From Corallococcus sp. (lineage in GTDB: Bacteria; Bacillota; Clostridia; Christensenellales; CAG-314), in the NCBI GenBank assembly GCA_023667435.1, contig JAMPAB010000002.1, positions 41,180 through 105,179 on the forward strand: a stretch of 64,000 nucleotides of DNA, given 5' to 3'. This document shows, one piece after another, positions 56,201 to 64,000 of this stretch. The position numbers were made by a program, and so were the translations under genes. The notes beneath the pieces are model-generated. The model was given only the letters and a program-made list of their open reading frames with translations. It had not been told where the DNA came from and made no database searches. The stretch's first letter is position 1. Each line of letters starts with the position of its first letter.

Positions 56201-56894
56201 AACGTATACTGAGCTTATTAAAATCGCTCACAGACAGGAAATCGGCGCTAAACTTCAATTTCTTTTCCAAGTTTCCCGAAACCTTAGCCATCGAAACTAT
56301 GCCCGTAGTAGGTTCGTTTTTGTTTGCCATATACCAACCGTTGAATCTCAACGCGCGTTCCGAATCGTTACGCATCGCCGTCTCGTCAACGGAATAGTTA
56401 TTTGCGGACATATCCACCCACACGGACAACGACAAATCGTCGGAAAAGCTTGCGGAGGCGCTGACCGTTTTCCAAAGAACGGTTTGCTCTTTATCCAAAT
56501 AAAATTCCGCCGTATAGTCGATTACGTCGTATATAATGTAGTTGTCGGTTTCTTTGTAAGCTATCTTTATCTGCTTGTTCAAACCGCTTGTAGACAAATC
56601 GAAGTTTTCGTACGTCACGGCGCCGTCGCGCAAGTGCTTTTCGGTTATCGCTACTTCGTTTCCCTCGTCGTCAGTAAGAGAGCATCCGCATTTTACGATG
56701 ATTTCGACGGGGTCAATCGTCATATTGCGCGCGAACACGAGATCGTCGTTGTGTTCGATGTGCAATACAGCGTTAGCATTGATACCGTCTATGGTATGCT
56801 TAGGGTCGTAAATCTCGCAAGCTGCAAGAGCCGCCGCGCTGACGGTAGCCAACGCGAACAAAACAAGCAGCAATATTATCCTTGATTTTTTCAT
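53253..56894 (-). CDS. 1,213-aa BspA-type leucine-rich-repeat lipoprotein
   Basis: MKKSRIILLLVLFALATVSAAALAAC has a lipobox. There are many LRR_5-like units (IPDSVTT.., AFSGCSSLKSVTLP, FYECTSLESV, AFSGCINLTNFSIP...). Its stop overlaps the moxR start. Confidence 0.88.
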   Translation of the reverse strand: MKKSRIILLLVLFALATVSAAALAACEIYDPKHTIDGINANAVLHIEHNDDLVFARNMTIDPVEIIVKCGCSLTDDEGNEVAITEKHLRDGAVTYENFDLSTSGLNKQIKIAYKETDNYIIYDVIDYTAEFYLDKEQTVLWKTVSASASFSDDLSLSVWVDMSANNYSVDETAMRNDSERALRFNGWYMANKNEPTTGIVSMAKVSGNLEKKLKFSADFLSVSDFNKLSIRYDANRRVFEGYTGEATDEVVVPEGVTYVDLAKVFSNVSDANPVKFKKLRLPSTARMALSSSNALNTYGLEEITVDSGSEWYSSFNSGLYSKDYSRLYLMPASSLQVTFHEDLNVIDSYSCAYWNIVALDIPDSVTTLNNYCFYYSTLSSVTGCKGIVSINSGVFVGTSLSDSDGHALYVSMPNAGGSNKYNLNLVVDRKMTSYTVKEGTVSIDGDAFNGCDKLVSVDLGDELESIGESAFSGCSSLKSVTLPASLKQLASSVFYECTSLESVEGLGDITFSDGGRRLALEHAIPSYLFYNCESLNNVVLSDSITYIGSSAFSGCINLTNFSIPDGVETISASAFKSCGFTEITLPSSLVTMGNNAFFKSKITSIDLSVCPNLSELSTRCFQETSLETLTIPDNITDIPDYCFYYITTLTSVDLNKVTEIGERAFGQCTHLADVTWSEVLTDIGFSAFRSCGTSAKNSDNQTVYYGLENVVLPDSVINVGGYAFASCANLTSLHLGPNVVTFGNYPFDDDDPEEFGVIEPVLYATRKLTTITVAENNVNFKIIDGMLFGKKAGNKTYDDFAVLYAVPSAYDSTSVVLPEETRITLPYSAHNLTKVTSFTLNDGIENLGKATFYNSTKLTAMTIPASVTKIGSNILLSCTGIKTFSIDAENETYEYSGDLVYQGESLVLSMGLVKEVAIPDGTKEIGSASFMNNNVITSVVIPDSVESIGAKAFNSCSKLASISIGRGVKTIDTTAFSTLKVLETISVSADNPYFKVVNNVLYSKDGKKLYLAAAKNGLVDLDILEDVTEIGDWAFAYHATLTNIRLPENVKTIGKYAFYECRKLETFYGSESLEKIGERAFSFANSIDTSDSQETRCCAVLKTVLLYDKMTTIESYAFYGQYGIESVFFKMTEDELNALLAGGAHSVNIEYLTHGCPVGTTGKYYNNDKEGIDRYLYSEEETELPPPDGYKWFFIDEDGNPVSWESITSEEEE

Positions 56895-56926
56895 AGTTAT
56901 GCCCTCTCTCCTATCGTTATTAAAAG

Positions 56927-58642
56927 TTACTTTCTTACTTTCTTACTCTTCTTCGCTGCAATAATTTCCCCAGAACGTTTCCTCAGTTCGTTAAAGTCGA
57001 TGGGTTTGGACACGTGACCGTCCATACCGGCGGCTTCGGATAATTTTATATCTTCCACAAACGCGTCTGCGGACAATGCGATAATAGGCGCGCTTTCCGC
57101 GTCCGCCTTGCCGCTGTTTCTTATGGCGCGCGCGGCATCGCGTCCGTTTAAACGCGGCATCTGAATATCCAATAATACCAAGTCGAACGAATATTCCTTC
57201 GACTCCGTAAAGGTATCGACCGCCTCCTGTCCGTCGTGCGCCCACGTTACCACCGCGCCTTCGCTTTCGAGAATTTCTATGGCGATTTCGGCGTTAACCT
57301 CGTTATCTTCGGCAAGAAGAATACGACAATCTTTGAAAGTAAAGTCCGACGCTTCTGCGTATACTTCTTCCGCCACAACGGCAGCCGTTTCTGCATCCTG
57401 CTCCACTTCGGCGACGGGCAACGACAGAAAAACGGAGAAATCCGTTCCTTTCCCGAGCTCGCTGTCAACAACTATGTTGCCGCCCATCAAACGCACGATA
57501 TTGTCGCAGATTGCAAGACCCAAACCCGTTCCGCCGTAATGATGCGACGTAGAAGCTTCTTCCTGCTCGAACGGACGCATAATCTTATGGATATTTTCGG
57601 GAGCTATACCTTTACCGGTATCGCGAACGCGTATCATCAACTGAATGTTACCGCCGATATTATCCAACTGCTTAAACGTAACTTCGATTTTGCCGCCGGC
57701 AGGCGTAAACTTATTTGCATTGGAAACAAGGTTCGTGACGACTTGCGTAAGACGCATTTCATCGGCGACAAGATAACGCGCGCTTATATCCACCGTTTCT
57801 ACGAGGAAGTTTATACCCTTGCTCGTGACGGTCGTATTGAACATATTGCGGATTTTTTCCGCAAATCCCATAATATCCATCTGCGCGTTAAACAGCTGCA
57901 TTTTGCCGCTTTCGATTTTCGAAATATCCAGTATGTCGTTAATCATACTAAGCAAGAATACGGATAAATCGCCCGCGCGTTCCAGATAGTTGGATACCTT
58001 TTCGGGATCGGACACATTCATGCGCGCAAGAGATATCATACCCATAACGCCGTTCATCGGGGTACGTATCTCGTGACTCATATTAGACAAAAACGAAGAT
58101 TTCGCAGCCGCTTGTTCCAACGCAAAATCCAACTGTTTTTTCATTTCGTCGCGGCTGTTCTTTTGTTCGGTTATATCGAGGATGGTAAACGCAATGTAGT
58201 CTTTTCCGTCGCTCTCGGCGCAAAACGCTTCTATTTTGCCGAATTTTCCGTCTCCGTAACCGAATTCCTGCTCGAACGAATCAGTTTTATCCCACTGCTT
58301 AAAGTTGTTTTCGAACGCGCGAGTGTACTCTCTGTCAATATGTTTCTTGACGGCTTCGGTATCTAAAAACAACTCTTCTTTAGTTACGCCGAAAAACTCG
58401 TAAACGCCCGAGCTGATGTACACCGGTTGATATGTTTGCGCGTCCACGACCAAAAAGGCGGACGATTTTCCCTTGCCGTAAATATCCGCAAAAGCTTTTT
58501 CGCCGTCGCCGAGTTCTTTGACGCGAACGAGATCTTTGCGCGCTTTGCTTTTGTTTGCCGAAAAGCAAATAACGCATAGCGCTACGCAAACGCCCGCTAA
58601 AAGAGCCATTATTATGCTGTATACTACAATATAAGTAGTCAT
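56927..58642 (-). CDS. hybrid sensor histidine kinase (TM - PAS-like - HisKA - HATPase - REC)
   Basis: I trimmed the start to ATG 58642, which follows GGAGAAAAG. FLSNMSHEIRTPMNG is the H-box. G-boxes GTGLGL are present. The C-terminal receiver includes ILLAEDNEVN...DLVLLDIQMP. It ends 32 nt upstream of the LRR gene. Confidence 0.88.
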   Translation of the reverse strand: MTTYIVVYSIIMALLAGVCVALCVICFSANKSKARKDLVRVKELGDGEKAFADIYGKGKSSAFLVVDAQTYQPVYISSGVYEFFGVTKEELFLDTEAVKKHIDREYTRAFENNFKQWDKTDSFEQEFGYGDGKFGKIEAFCAESDGKDYIAFTILDITEQKNSRDEMKKQLDFALEQAAAKSSFLSNMSHEIRTPMNGVMGMISLARMNVSDPEKVSNYLERAGDLSVFLLSMINDILDISKIESGKMQLFNAQMDIMGFAEKIRNMFNTTVTSKGINFLVETVDISARYLVADEMRLTQVVTNLVSNANKFTPAGGKIEVTFKQLDNIGGNIQLMIRVRDTGKGIAPENIHKIMRPFEQEEASTSHHYGGTGLGLAICDNIVRLMGGNIVVDSELGKGTDFSVFLSLPVAEVEQDAETAAVVAEEVYAEASDFTFKDCRILLAEDNEVNAEIAIEILESEGAVVTWAHDGQEAVDTFTESKEYSFDLVLLDIQMPRLNGRDAARAIRNSGKADAESAPIIALSADAFVEDIKLSEAAGMDGHVSKPIDFNELRKRSGEIIAAKKSKKVRK

Positions 58643-58903
58643 CTTTTCTCCGAAATCCGATGTTCGAACGCAACGGTCTGCCGATACGCTGCGTATAATT
58701 ATACAGATATAGTATATCACAAGAAGCGACAGTTTTCAACACATTTACATAAAAAACCGATATTTGAGACAATCGGCGGCTGCTCTTAAACAAAATACTC
58801 AAATAGCAAGCAGCGACTGCTTGGATATAGCAGTCGCTCCGTTTAATATCCTCCTCAGACGTACGTATTCGAACCCGTAAGTTTTGGCGGCTATATGCAA
58901 AAA

Positions 58904-59039
58904 GGGGCTGTCGCATTAAGCGCATAATATACGCTTTTGTGAATGATTGCAAAAAGACGCTGAAAAATATATATTTTCAACGTCTTTTTCGTATGGTTTA
59001 TGAGATGTTTTGAATAAATAATGTTTAATGCGACAGCTC
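58904..59039. repeat. third copy of the GGGGCTGTCGCA hairpin family, arms separated by 105 nt
   Basis: GGGGCTGTCGCATTAA (58904-58919) and TTAATGCGACAGCTC (59025-59039) are complementary at 14 of 15 positions. The intervening sequence contains the terminator at 58951-58989. Confidence 0.55.
58951..58989. terminator. bidirectional terminator downstream of the giant gene
   Basis: AAAAAGACGCTGAAAA pairs with TTTTCAACGTCTTTTT with one mismatch, and A/T runs lie on both sides. Confidence 0.75.
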
Positions 59040-59078
59040 TTTTACGTATTTTTTCGGTTTCGTCGGTTGCGTTGCATT

Positions 59079-62000
59079 TTAGTAGGCGCGCCAGTAATCT
59101 CTGTTTGCAACGTATTGCGTGGCAACGCCGTAGACGGGCGCGTTCAACTCGAGATTCAACTGCGCAGTGCATATGGAAATCAAGTTGATACTGCCGTTTA
59201 AGTTTGTCAACGTAAAGTCGTTTTCGTTGTACAGCACGTCGATATTCAACGTTCCCAAACTGCTGTCGATGGGGGAAAGGTCCGCCGAAATATTGAAGTC
59301 GCCCGTAGTATATTTGTAGTCCTTCAATACGTCTTCTATGCCGTAATCGTTCGTATTCTCTTTGGTGATAGCTTTCTTGATTTCGTCTTCGATAGCGCTT
59401 CCGAAATTCACCAATTGCAAAATATAATCTATTGCGTTTGCCGAGAACGTCGCCGAATCTATACCCGACTCGATATAGTTTTCGTTTTCCAAATGTACCG
59501 TATTGCCGGACGACGCTGCTTTGTGATAGCCGACGGCAAGATATTTACTGCCGTGTCTTTCCCAATTCGCAACCGTATTGCAATCGCCGAATAAGCCGAT
59601 TTCCTTCCCGCACTTAGCACAGTATTTCGACACTATATAATCGCCCTTATTTACTTTGGTGTTGACGTAGGAGTTGCGAACTATATCGAACTTATCCGTA
59701 ACGCCGTTGTAGAATATGTAACCGTCTCCGCCGTAATCGTTGAATACCAGATTTTCGATTTGAAGTTTGCTCGCTATCGGACGGGACAGTCTGACGGCTA
59801 TCTGCACCTTATTGTTCTCGTCGATATCGACAAATAACTCGACTTCCAACGTAATATCGCGAGTGAGAATATTAACAGGTATTTCGCCCGAGATATAGAA
59901 CGCGCGGGTATTCTCGCCTTCTTTCGGCGTAGCGGTTTTGATAAACGCCGAAAGCAACTCGTACATACTGTTGAAATCGATATGATACTCGGAGTAGTTA
60001 TACGCCAAAATATCCTGAACCGCAGTATATTGCAATCCGCTTATCCACTTGCTTTCGTCAAACGTTCCGTCGTTCTTCGAATCGGCGTATTCCTTTACGA
60101 GATCCGATGCGGTGACGACTATATTTTCCAAATTCAACGACATATTGTCGTACGCTAATTGCAGGCAGTTAAGCACCAAACCGTTTCGGCTCTCCGTCTG
60201 AGAAGCGGAAACTACTACGTCGCCGAGCTTACTCAAAAATACCTGACCGTTGATAATCAAATTGAAAATACCGTTTTCGTAAGACAGCTTGCGCAGCAGC
60301 GTAGAGTAATCCACCAACGCCGCGTTGCCTTCGGCTTCCGCCATTGCGGCAAATACTTGATCCACAATCTGCTGAATCTGCGGAATAACGGCTACCAACG
60401 GACCGTACAGGCTTGCGCACTTTTCTATTGTCGCAACGTCTATCGTCAATCTCAATGTGTTTCTGGCTTGATCTGACTTTATCTGTCTTCCCGTATCGGT
60501 CACGTATACGCTGCCGTCCTTGTAGACTATATCCAACGACATAAAGTCCTGCCACTCGTTTGCGGAACGCTGTTTGAGAACGTTCAAGACTGCGCGCAGC
60601 TTAAATGTATTCATACCTTCCGACAGAGCGTTGCTGTAATAAAACTCGAAGTAGGAGCCCTTTGCAATACGGTAAGTCTGACCGCTGATCGTCATTTCCG
60701 AATCGGCGGCGAAATCGAACTTCCAGCTGTTGGTGTGAACCAGCGCTTCTATGGAAGGCAGGAATTCTTCCAGTACCTCGTCTATTGCAACGTAAGCGAC
60801 GTCGTCCGTAAATTCGCGGTATTCCGTTTTCTTCGCGGGATAAATTTCCAACGTTTTGGACATAACGGGCGCAACGACTTTTATAAGCGTTCCGTTAGCA
60901 AAGCTTGCCGTCATATTTATGCCTGCAAAACTCAATCCCATACGCACGAATCCGTTATCCGACGAAATACTTAACGACGATATTATCGAAGGTACGTCGA
61001 TATCAGTAAATGCGTTCATATCCAAATCGCCGAACATCGACTCTTCCCTGCCGCTGAATTCGTTTACAAGCGCGTCTATACGTTGACATATTTCGATAAT
61101 TTTCGAAATATCGCCCGTTGCGAAAATCTTATCGCCGGCGGCGATTTTGACAACGCCGTTACTGTACCAAACGTTAAGATTATCTACGCGCAATTTATAT
61201 ACGCCGTTAATCAAGTCGAGATTTGCGTAGACGGTATTCTGTTCGTCCACTTTTATCGCAAGGTTGGTAGTAAAGTCGCCGTCGGGTGCGGTAACGACCG
61301 CGTCCGCAGGACTTACGGTCGCTTGCAAACTTAACGCCGCGCCCGCGTGTTCGAAGTCCGTAAAGCTTACGCAAAGTCCGTTGTTATTTGTCAACGCAAC
61401 CGTAAACGGCGAAGACGTTCCGAATTGACCGCCGTCAACGCTCAACGTCAAAGTTTTGCCGTCGAACGAAAACGCGTTGATTAACTTACCGTAAAGGATG
61501 CTTTGCGCGTTAAACTTAGCTATAACGTTTTTAACAAGAGCAAGCAATGCGTCAACGTGAGCGTTATAACCCATGCACGCGTCCAAAGTTTCTTCAATCG
61601 ACGACGCGCCGCTCGCGCCGCCGTCAATGCGTACGGCGAGTTTGAAATCGTCAACCGACATATACAGATAGTTGTCTACAAACCATACCTGCGCGTTTAT
61701 CGCATTGATATTGTCGTAGAATAATTTCGCCGTTATCCGTATTCCCTTGTTGTAAGCTATATTACTCTCAACAAAGTATTCTTTGCCGCTTACTACTACG
61801 CTTCCTTCTATCTTTATTCCGTATCCCTCAGCCGTTAGCAACTCCGCTATGGCGTCGCAATATCTCTCCGCTATCTCTATTACGTCCGCGCAGCCTCTGT
61901 CTATGCTCGGCTCAACGTAGCTGTTTGTTAGTCCGCAGACTATCTTCATTCCCTCTGCGTCTACTTCTATTCCCCCTATCTTTCCGTCGCTGCCTATCGC

Positions 62001-64000
62001 TATCTCTAACGCTATTCCGTTGTAACTTGCTTTGATCGTAGTCCCGTTCTCTCCGAACTCGACCGCTATTCCTTTTATTATCTCGGGAATGGGTATCTCG
62101 CTATCGATCTCAGGCAGACTTATCTCCGTGAATTTATTTATTACTTCTAACAGCCGCTCTATCTCGTTTACGGCAAGTTTTACTTTTACCGCTCCGTAGT
62201 TTACGTATACCACACCGTTATCGTAAAGCAACGCTATCGTCTCTCCGTACATCTCCGTGTACGCAGTTATCTTCTTGTTGTATACGTCGATTCGCGCTAC
62301 TATCTCGTATCCGAATATCTCCGCCGTTACGTCCGTTACGTATAGCTCCGCCGAAGGCGCTTCTACCGCTTCGTCTCTTCCGACAACGCTTACGCTAAGT
62401 TCGCTTAACGCTACTTCGCCTATGCTCAGTCCCTTTACGCTTAACGTCAGTTCATCCGTTCCGCTTAACGTTACTTCTACGTCGTCTATTCCGAATTGCT
62501 CGCCGTTAAACGTTAACGCAAGCTCGCTTCCGTTGTATTCGAATTCCTTTATTACCTTGCCTATCTCTACGTCGGCAAGTTTTCCGCTTATCTCTTCTAT
62601 TCCGTTAAGTATTCCGTCTAATACGTCGCTGTATCCGTACAAGCTCTTAAGTACGCTCGCCGCGTCTATGCTTCCATTGTCGCTTACGCTTGTCTCGCTC
62701 GCTATCTTTATTCCGTTTACGCTCGCGTATACGACGCCGTTTACATAATATACCTCTCCGTCTATTATGTAATTCTTTCCTTCTCTTACCTTTATATCTG
62801 CGCGTATTCCCTTGTTGTAGGCTATATTACTCTCAACAAAGTAAACAGAATCTTTTATTTCGATTTCCGCAGCAAGAGTAATGCGAGCTCCGTTATTCAT
62901 CAAATCTACGAACGACTTATATGCGTCCGCGACGTATCCCGTCAGCAAGCTTACGGGAATGAAACCGCTTCCGTCGCCGACGTCGAGTTTCACGGTATCG
63001 TTCGATTGACGTATTTCAAGCTCGCGACCGAATACTACGCCCGTTACGCTTACGAAACCGAAATCGGATTGCGCCAAATTGACGGACAGAATATTGCCGT
63101 CAAACTCCGCGTAGATACGGGGCGAATTGCCGTTCAAATCTACCGTTATGCAGCTAAGAATTTTTTCTATATTCAAACCGCTCAAATCGACGTCCGCTTC
63201 GGGAAGTTCGATACCGAACGTTTCGGTAATTAACGCTATAATATCTCCCAGTTCGTCAATTCTTCCGCGCACAGCGATACTGCCGAATTTAACAAACAAC
63301 TCGTCGTTTACGAATCTGACGTAAGCGGTCTCGCCGAACAGCTCTGCCGATGCGTTTATATCCATAGCAAGCAAATCCGCCGAAACAAAGAACTTAACGC
63401 CGTCTAAAGTACCTTCCAGATTAAGTACGTAGTCTTGCGCGTTCGGAGCCTTGATTTCTCTTACGTTACGCTTGACGGTAGCTGTAATATCGGCAGATAT
63501 TCCGTTTGCTATACGTACGTCGCTAAGCGCGGCGGCAAGATACGTATTGTTTACAACGTACAGTTCCAAACCGAATTCGCCTAACGACAATGCGTCCGCA
63601 TTTATAAGCATTGTAGCTTTGCCGTTGTTAAACGCAAATTTTTTGATGATGCTTGCAAAATCGATACTTGCCAAATCTATATTTTGCGTCGTATCGACTA
63701 CCGTTTCGACAGCGTTTACGACAGACCTTACAAGCTCGTTATCTATGCCGTTAAGTAATGCCGCAATCTTGTCTGCGTCGATATCCAAACCGTCTCCGTC
63801 AACCTCGAAGGCGACTTTTACGCCGTTGACCGTAAGATATACTTTGCCGTCAAAGTAGACTGCGTCGGCATTTATTACGTCGCCGCTTTCGCAATAAACT
63901 ACGGCGGAAACGCTTATATTGCCGTTTATATCGCGGCCGAAGTTACCGCGTATGCCGTAAGATTCGCCGTTGACGTCCAAAGTCAAATCGAAATCCGCTC
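59079..64000 (-). CDS. giant modular protein (>1,635 aa), N-terminus outside the window, function unknown
   Basis: The frame is open to the window edge, because the tracked TTG at 63986 has in-frame codons upstream. At least three ~355-aa super-modules are marked by Y.V.G..Y..VNG.K.A and YFVESNIAYNKGIR. The distinct C-terminal ~450 aa contains KYCAKCGKEIGLFGDC. Confidence 0.85.
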   Translation of the reverse strand, partial: ADFDLTLDVNGESYGIRGNFGRDINGNISVSAVVYCESGDVINADAVYFDGKVYLTVNGVKVAFEVDGDGLDIDADKIAALLNGIDNELVRSVVNAVETVVDTTQNIDLASIDFASIIKKFAFNNGKATMLINADALSLGEFGLELYVVNNTYLAAALSDVRIANGISADITATVKRNVREIKAPNAQDYVLNLEGTLDGVKFFVSADLLAMDINASAELFGETAYVRFVNDELFVKFGSIAVRGRIDELGDIIALITETFGIELPEADVDLSGLNIEKILSCITVDLNGNSPRIYAEFDGNILSVNLAQSDFGFVSVTGVVFGRELEIRQSNDTVKLDVGDGSGFIPVSLLTGYVADAYKSFVDLMNNGARITLAAEIEIKDSVYFVESNIAYNKGIRADIKVREGKNYIIDGEVYYVNGVVYASVNGIKIASETSVSDNGSIDAASVLKSLYGYSDVLDGILNGIEEISGKLADVEIGKVIKEFEYNGSELALTFNGEQFGIDDVEVTLSGTDELTLSVKGLSIGEVALSELSVSVVGRDEAVEAPSAELYVTDVTAEIFGYEIVARIDVYNKKITAYTEMYGETIALLYDNGVVYVNYGAVKVKLAVNEIERLLEVINKFTEISLPEIDSEIPIPEIIKGIAVEFGENGTTIKASYNGIALEIAIGSDGKIGGIEVDAEGMKIVCGLTNSYVEPSIDRGCADVIEIAERYCDAIAELLTAEGYGIKIEGSVVVSGKEYFVESNIAYNKGIRITAKLFYDNINAINAQVWFVDNYLYMSVDDFKLAVRIDGGASGASSIEETLDACMGYNAHVDALLALVKNVIAKFNAQSILYGKLINAFSFDGKTLTLSVDGGQFGTSSPFTVALTNNNGLCVSFTDFEHAGAALSLQATVSPADAVVTAPDGDFTTNLAIKVDEQNTVYANLDLINGVYKLRVDNLNVWYSNGVVKIAAGDKIFATGDISKIIEICQRIDALVNEFSGREESMFGDLDMNAFTDIDVPSIISSLSISSDNGFVRMGLSFAGINMTASFANGTLIKVVAPVMSKTLEIYPAKKTEYREFTDDVAYVAIDEVLEEFLPSIEALVHTNSWKFDFAADSEMTISGQTYRIAKGSYFEFYYSNALSEGMNTFKLRAVLNVLKQRSANEWQDFMSLDIVYKDGSVYVTDTGRQIKSDQARNTLRLTIDVATIEKCASLYGPLVAVIPQIQQIVDQVFAAMAEAEGNAALVDYSTLLRKLSYENGIFNLIINGQVFLSKLGDVVVSASQTESRNGLVLNCLQLAYDNMSLNLENIVVTASDLVKEYADSKNDGTFDESKWISGLQYTAVQDILAYNYSEYHIDFNSMYELLSAFIKTATPKEGENTRAFYISGEIPVNILTRDITLEVELFVDIDENNKVQIAVRLSRPIASKLQIENLVFNDYGGDGYIFYNGVTDKFDIVRNSYVNTKVNKGDYIVSKYCAKCGKEIGLFGDCNTVANWERHGSKYLAVGYHKAASSGNTVHLENENYIESGIDSATFSANAIDYILQLVNFGSAIEDEIKKAITKENTNDYGIEDVLKDYKYTTGDFNISADLSPIDSSLGTLNIDVLYNENDFTLTNLNGSINLISICTAQLNLELNAPVYGVATQYVANRDYWRAY
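61738..62843 (-). repeat. pair of 41-nt direct repeats exactly 1,065 nt (355 codons) apart inside the giant gene
   Basis: CGTATTCCCTTGTTGTA(A/G)GCTATATTACTCTCAACAAAGTA occurs at 61738-61778 and 62803-62843 with 40/41 identity. Both copies encode YFVESNIAYNKGIR. Confidence 0.9.

Noticed and set aside
62257-62748. The 163-aa + strand ORF (S/T/L/P-rich) inside the giant gene as a real overlapping gene.
   Set aside because: It has no SD or start context. Its existence is explained by the strong pyrimidine bias of the + strand in this module, which leaves few stop codons.

Overview
This 64-kb chromosomal window looks like an anaerobic, spore-forming Firmicute (Clostridia-like). That inference rests on SpoIIID, a PerR / rubredoxin-like / reverse-rubrerythrin operon, sigma-A type promoters and GGAGG Shine-Dalgarno (SD) sites. 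All calls come from reading the ORF translations and the DNA; no searches were run, so family names are motif-level recognitions.

Housekeeping backbone:
- Shikimate operon aroC-aroB-aroA::aroE-aroQ-aroK (8.6-13.5 kb, minus strand).
- ttcA, spoIIID, glyQS, tex, ppiB, an M29 aminopeptidase and tRNA-Ser(GCU).
- SDR/TetR, XRE, HAD and RibD_C genes.

Roughly half the window encodes very large envelope proteins:
- A beta-helix/tandem-repeat adhesin of about 2,160 aa (602-7092).
- A 1,013-aa transglutaminase-core surface protein (23378-26419).
- Three BspA-type LRR lipoproteins (26635-27900, 37973-42949, 53253-56894).
- Two tandem membrane-anchored ComEC-type MBL hydrolases (13536-16878).
- A modular protein of more than 1,635 aa that runs off the right edge (59079-64000).
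- None has an LPXTG motif. Anchoring is by lipobox or a C-terminal TM helix.

Main second-look items:
1. Long G:C homopolymers sit at the 5' ends of envelope genes. A C8 tract splits the adhesin's signal peptide from its body, a G9 tract fills the spacer of a TTGACT/TATACT promoter, two G11 tracts occupy the SD position of the MBL paralogues, and a G8 tract lies just before a C-terminal anchor.
2. A tight minus-strand operon encodes hybrid histidine kinase, 1,213-aa LRR lipoprotein, MoxR, DUF58 and a TgpA-like protein. The TgpA-like core appears to carry Ser/His/Glu instead of Cys/His/Asp.
3. A low-GC island (about 37.4-44.5 kb) carries the 1,658-aa LRR lipoprotein behind a structured leader that contains an intrinsic terminator.
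4. A 370-nt leader with tandem hairpin repeats lies upstream of the aminopeptidase.
5. The edge-truncated giant gene contains a 1,065-bp module bounded by 41-nt direct repeats, with a sharp strand-composition switch.
6. Two small genes are missing from the ORF track: a 37-aa rubredoxin-like protein and a 53-aa protein.

No CRISPR array, rRNA, transposase or recognisable defence system was seen.
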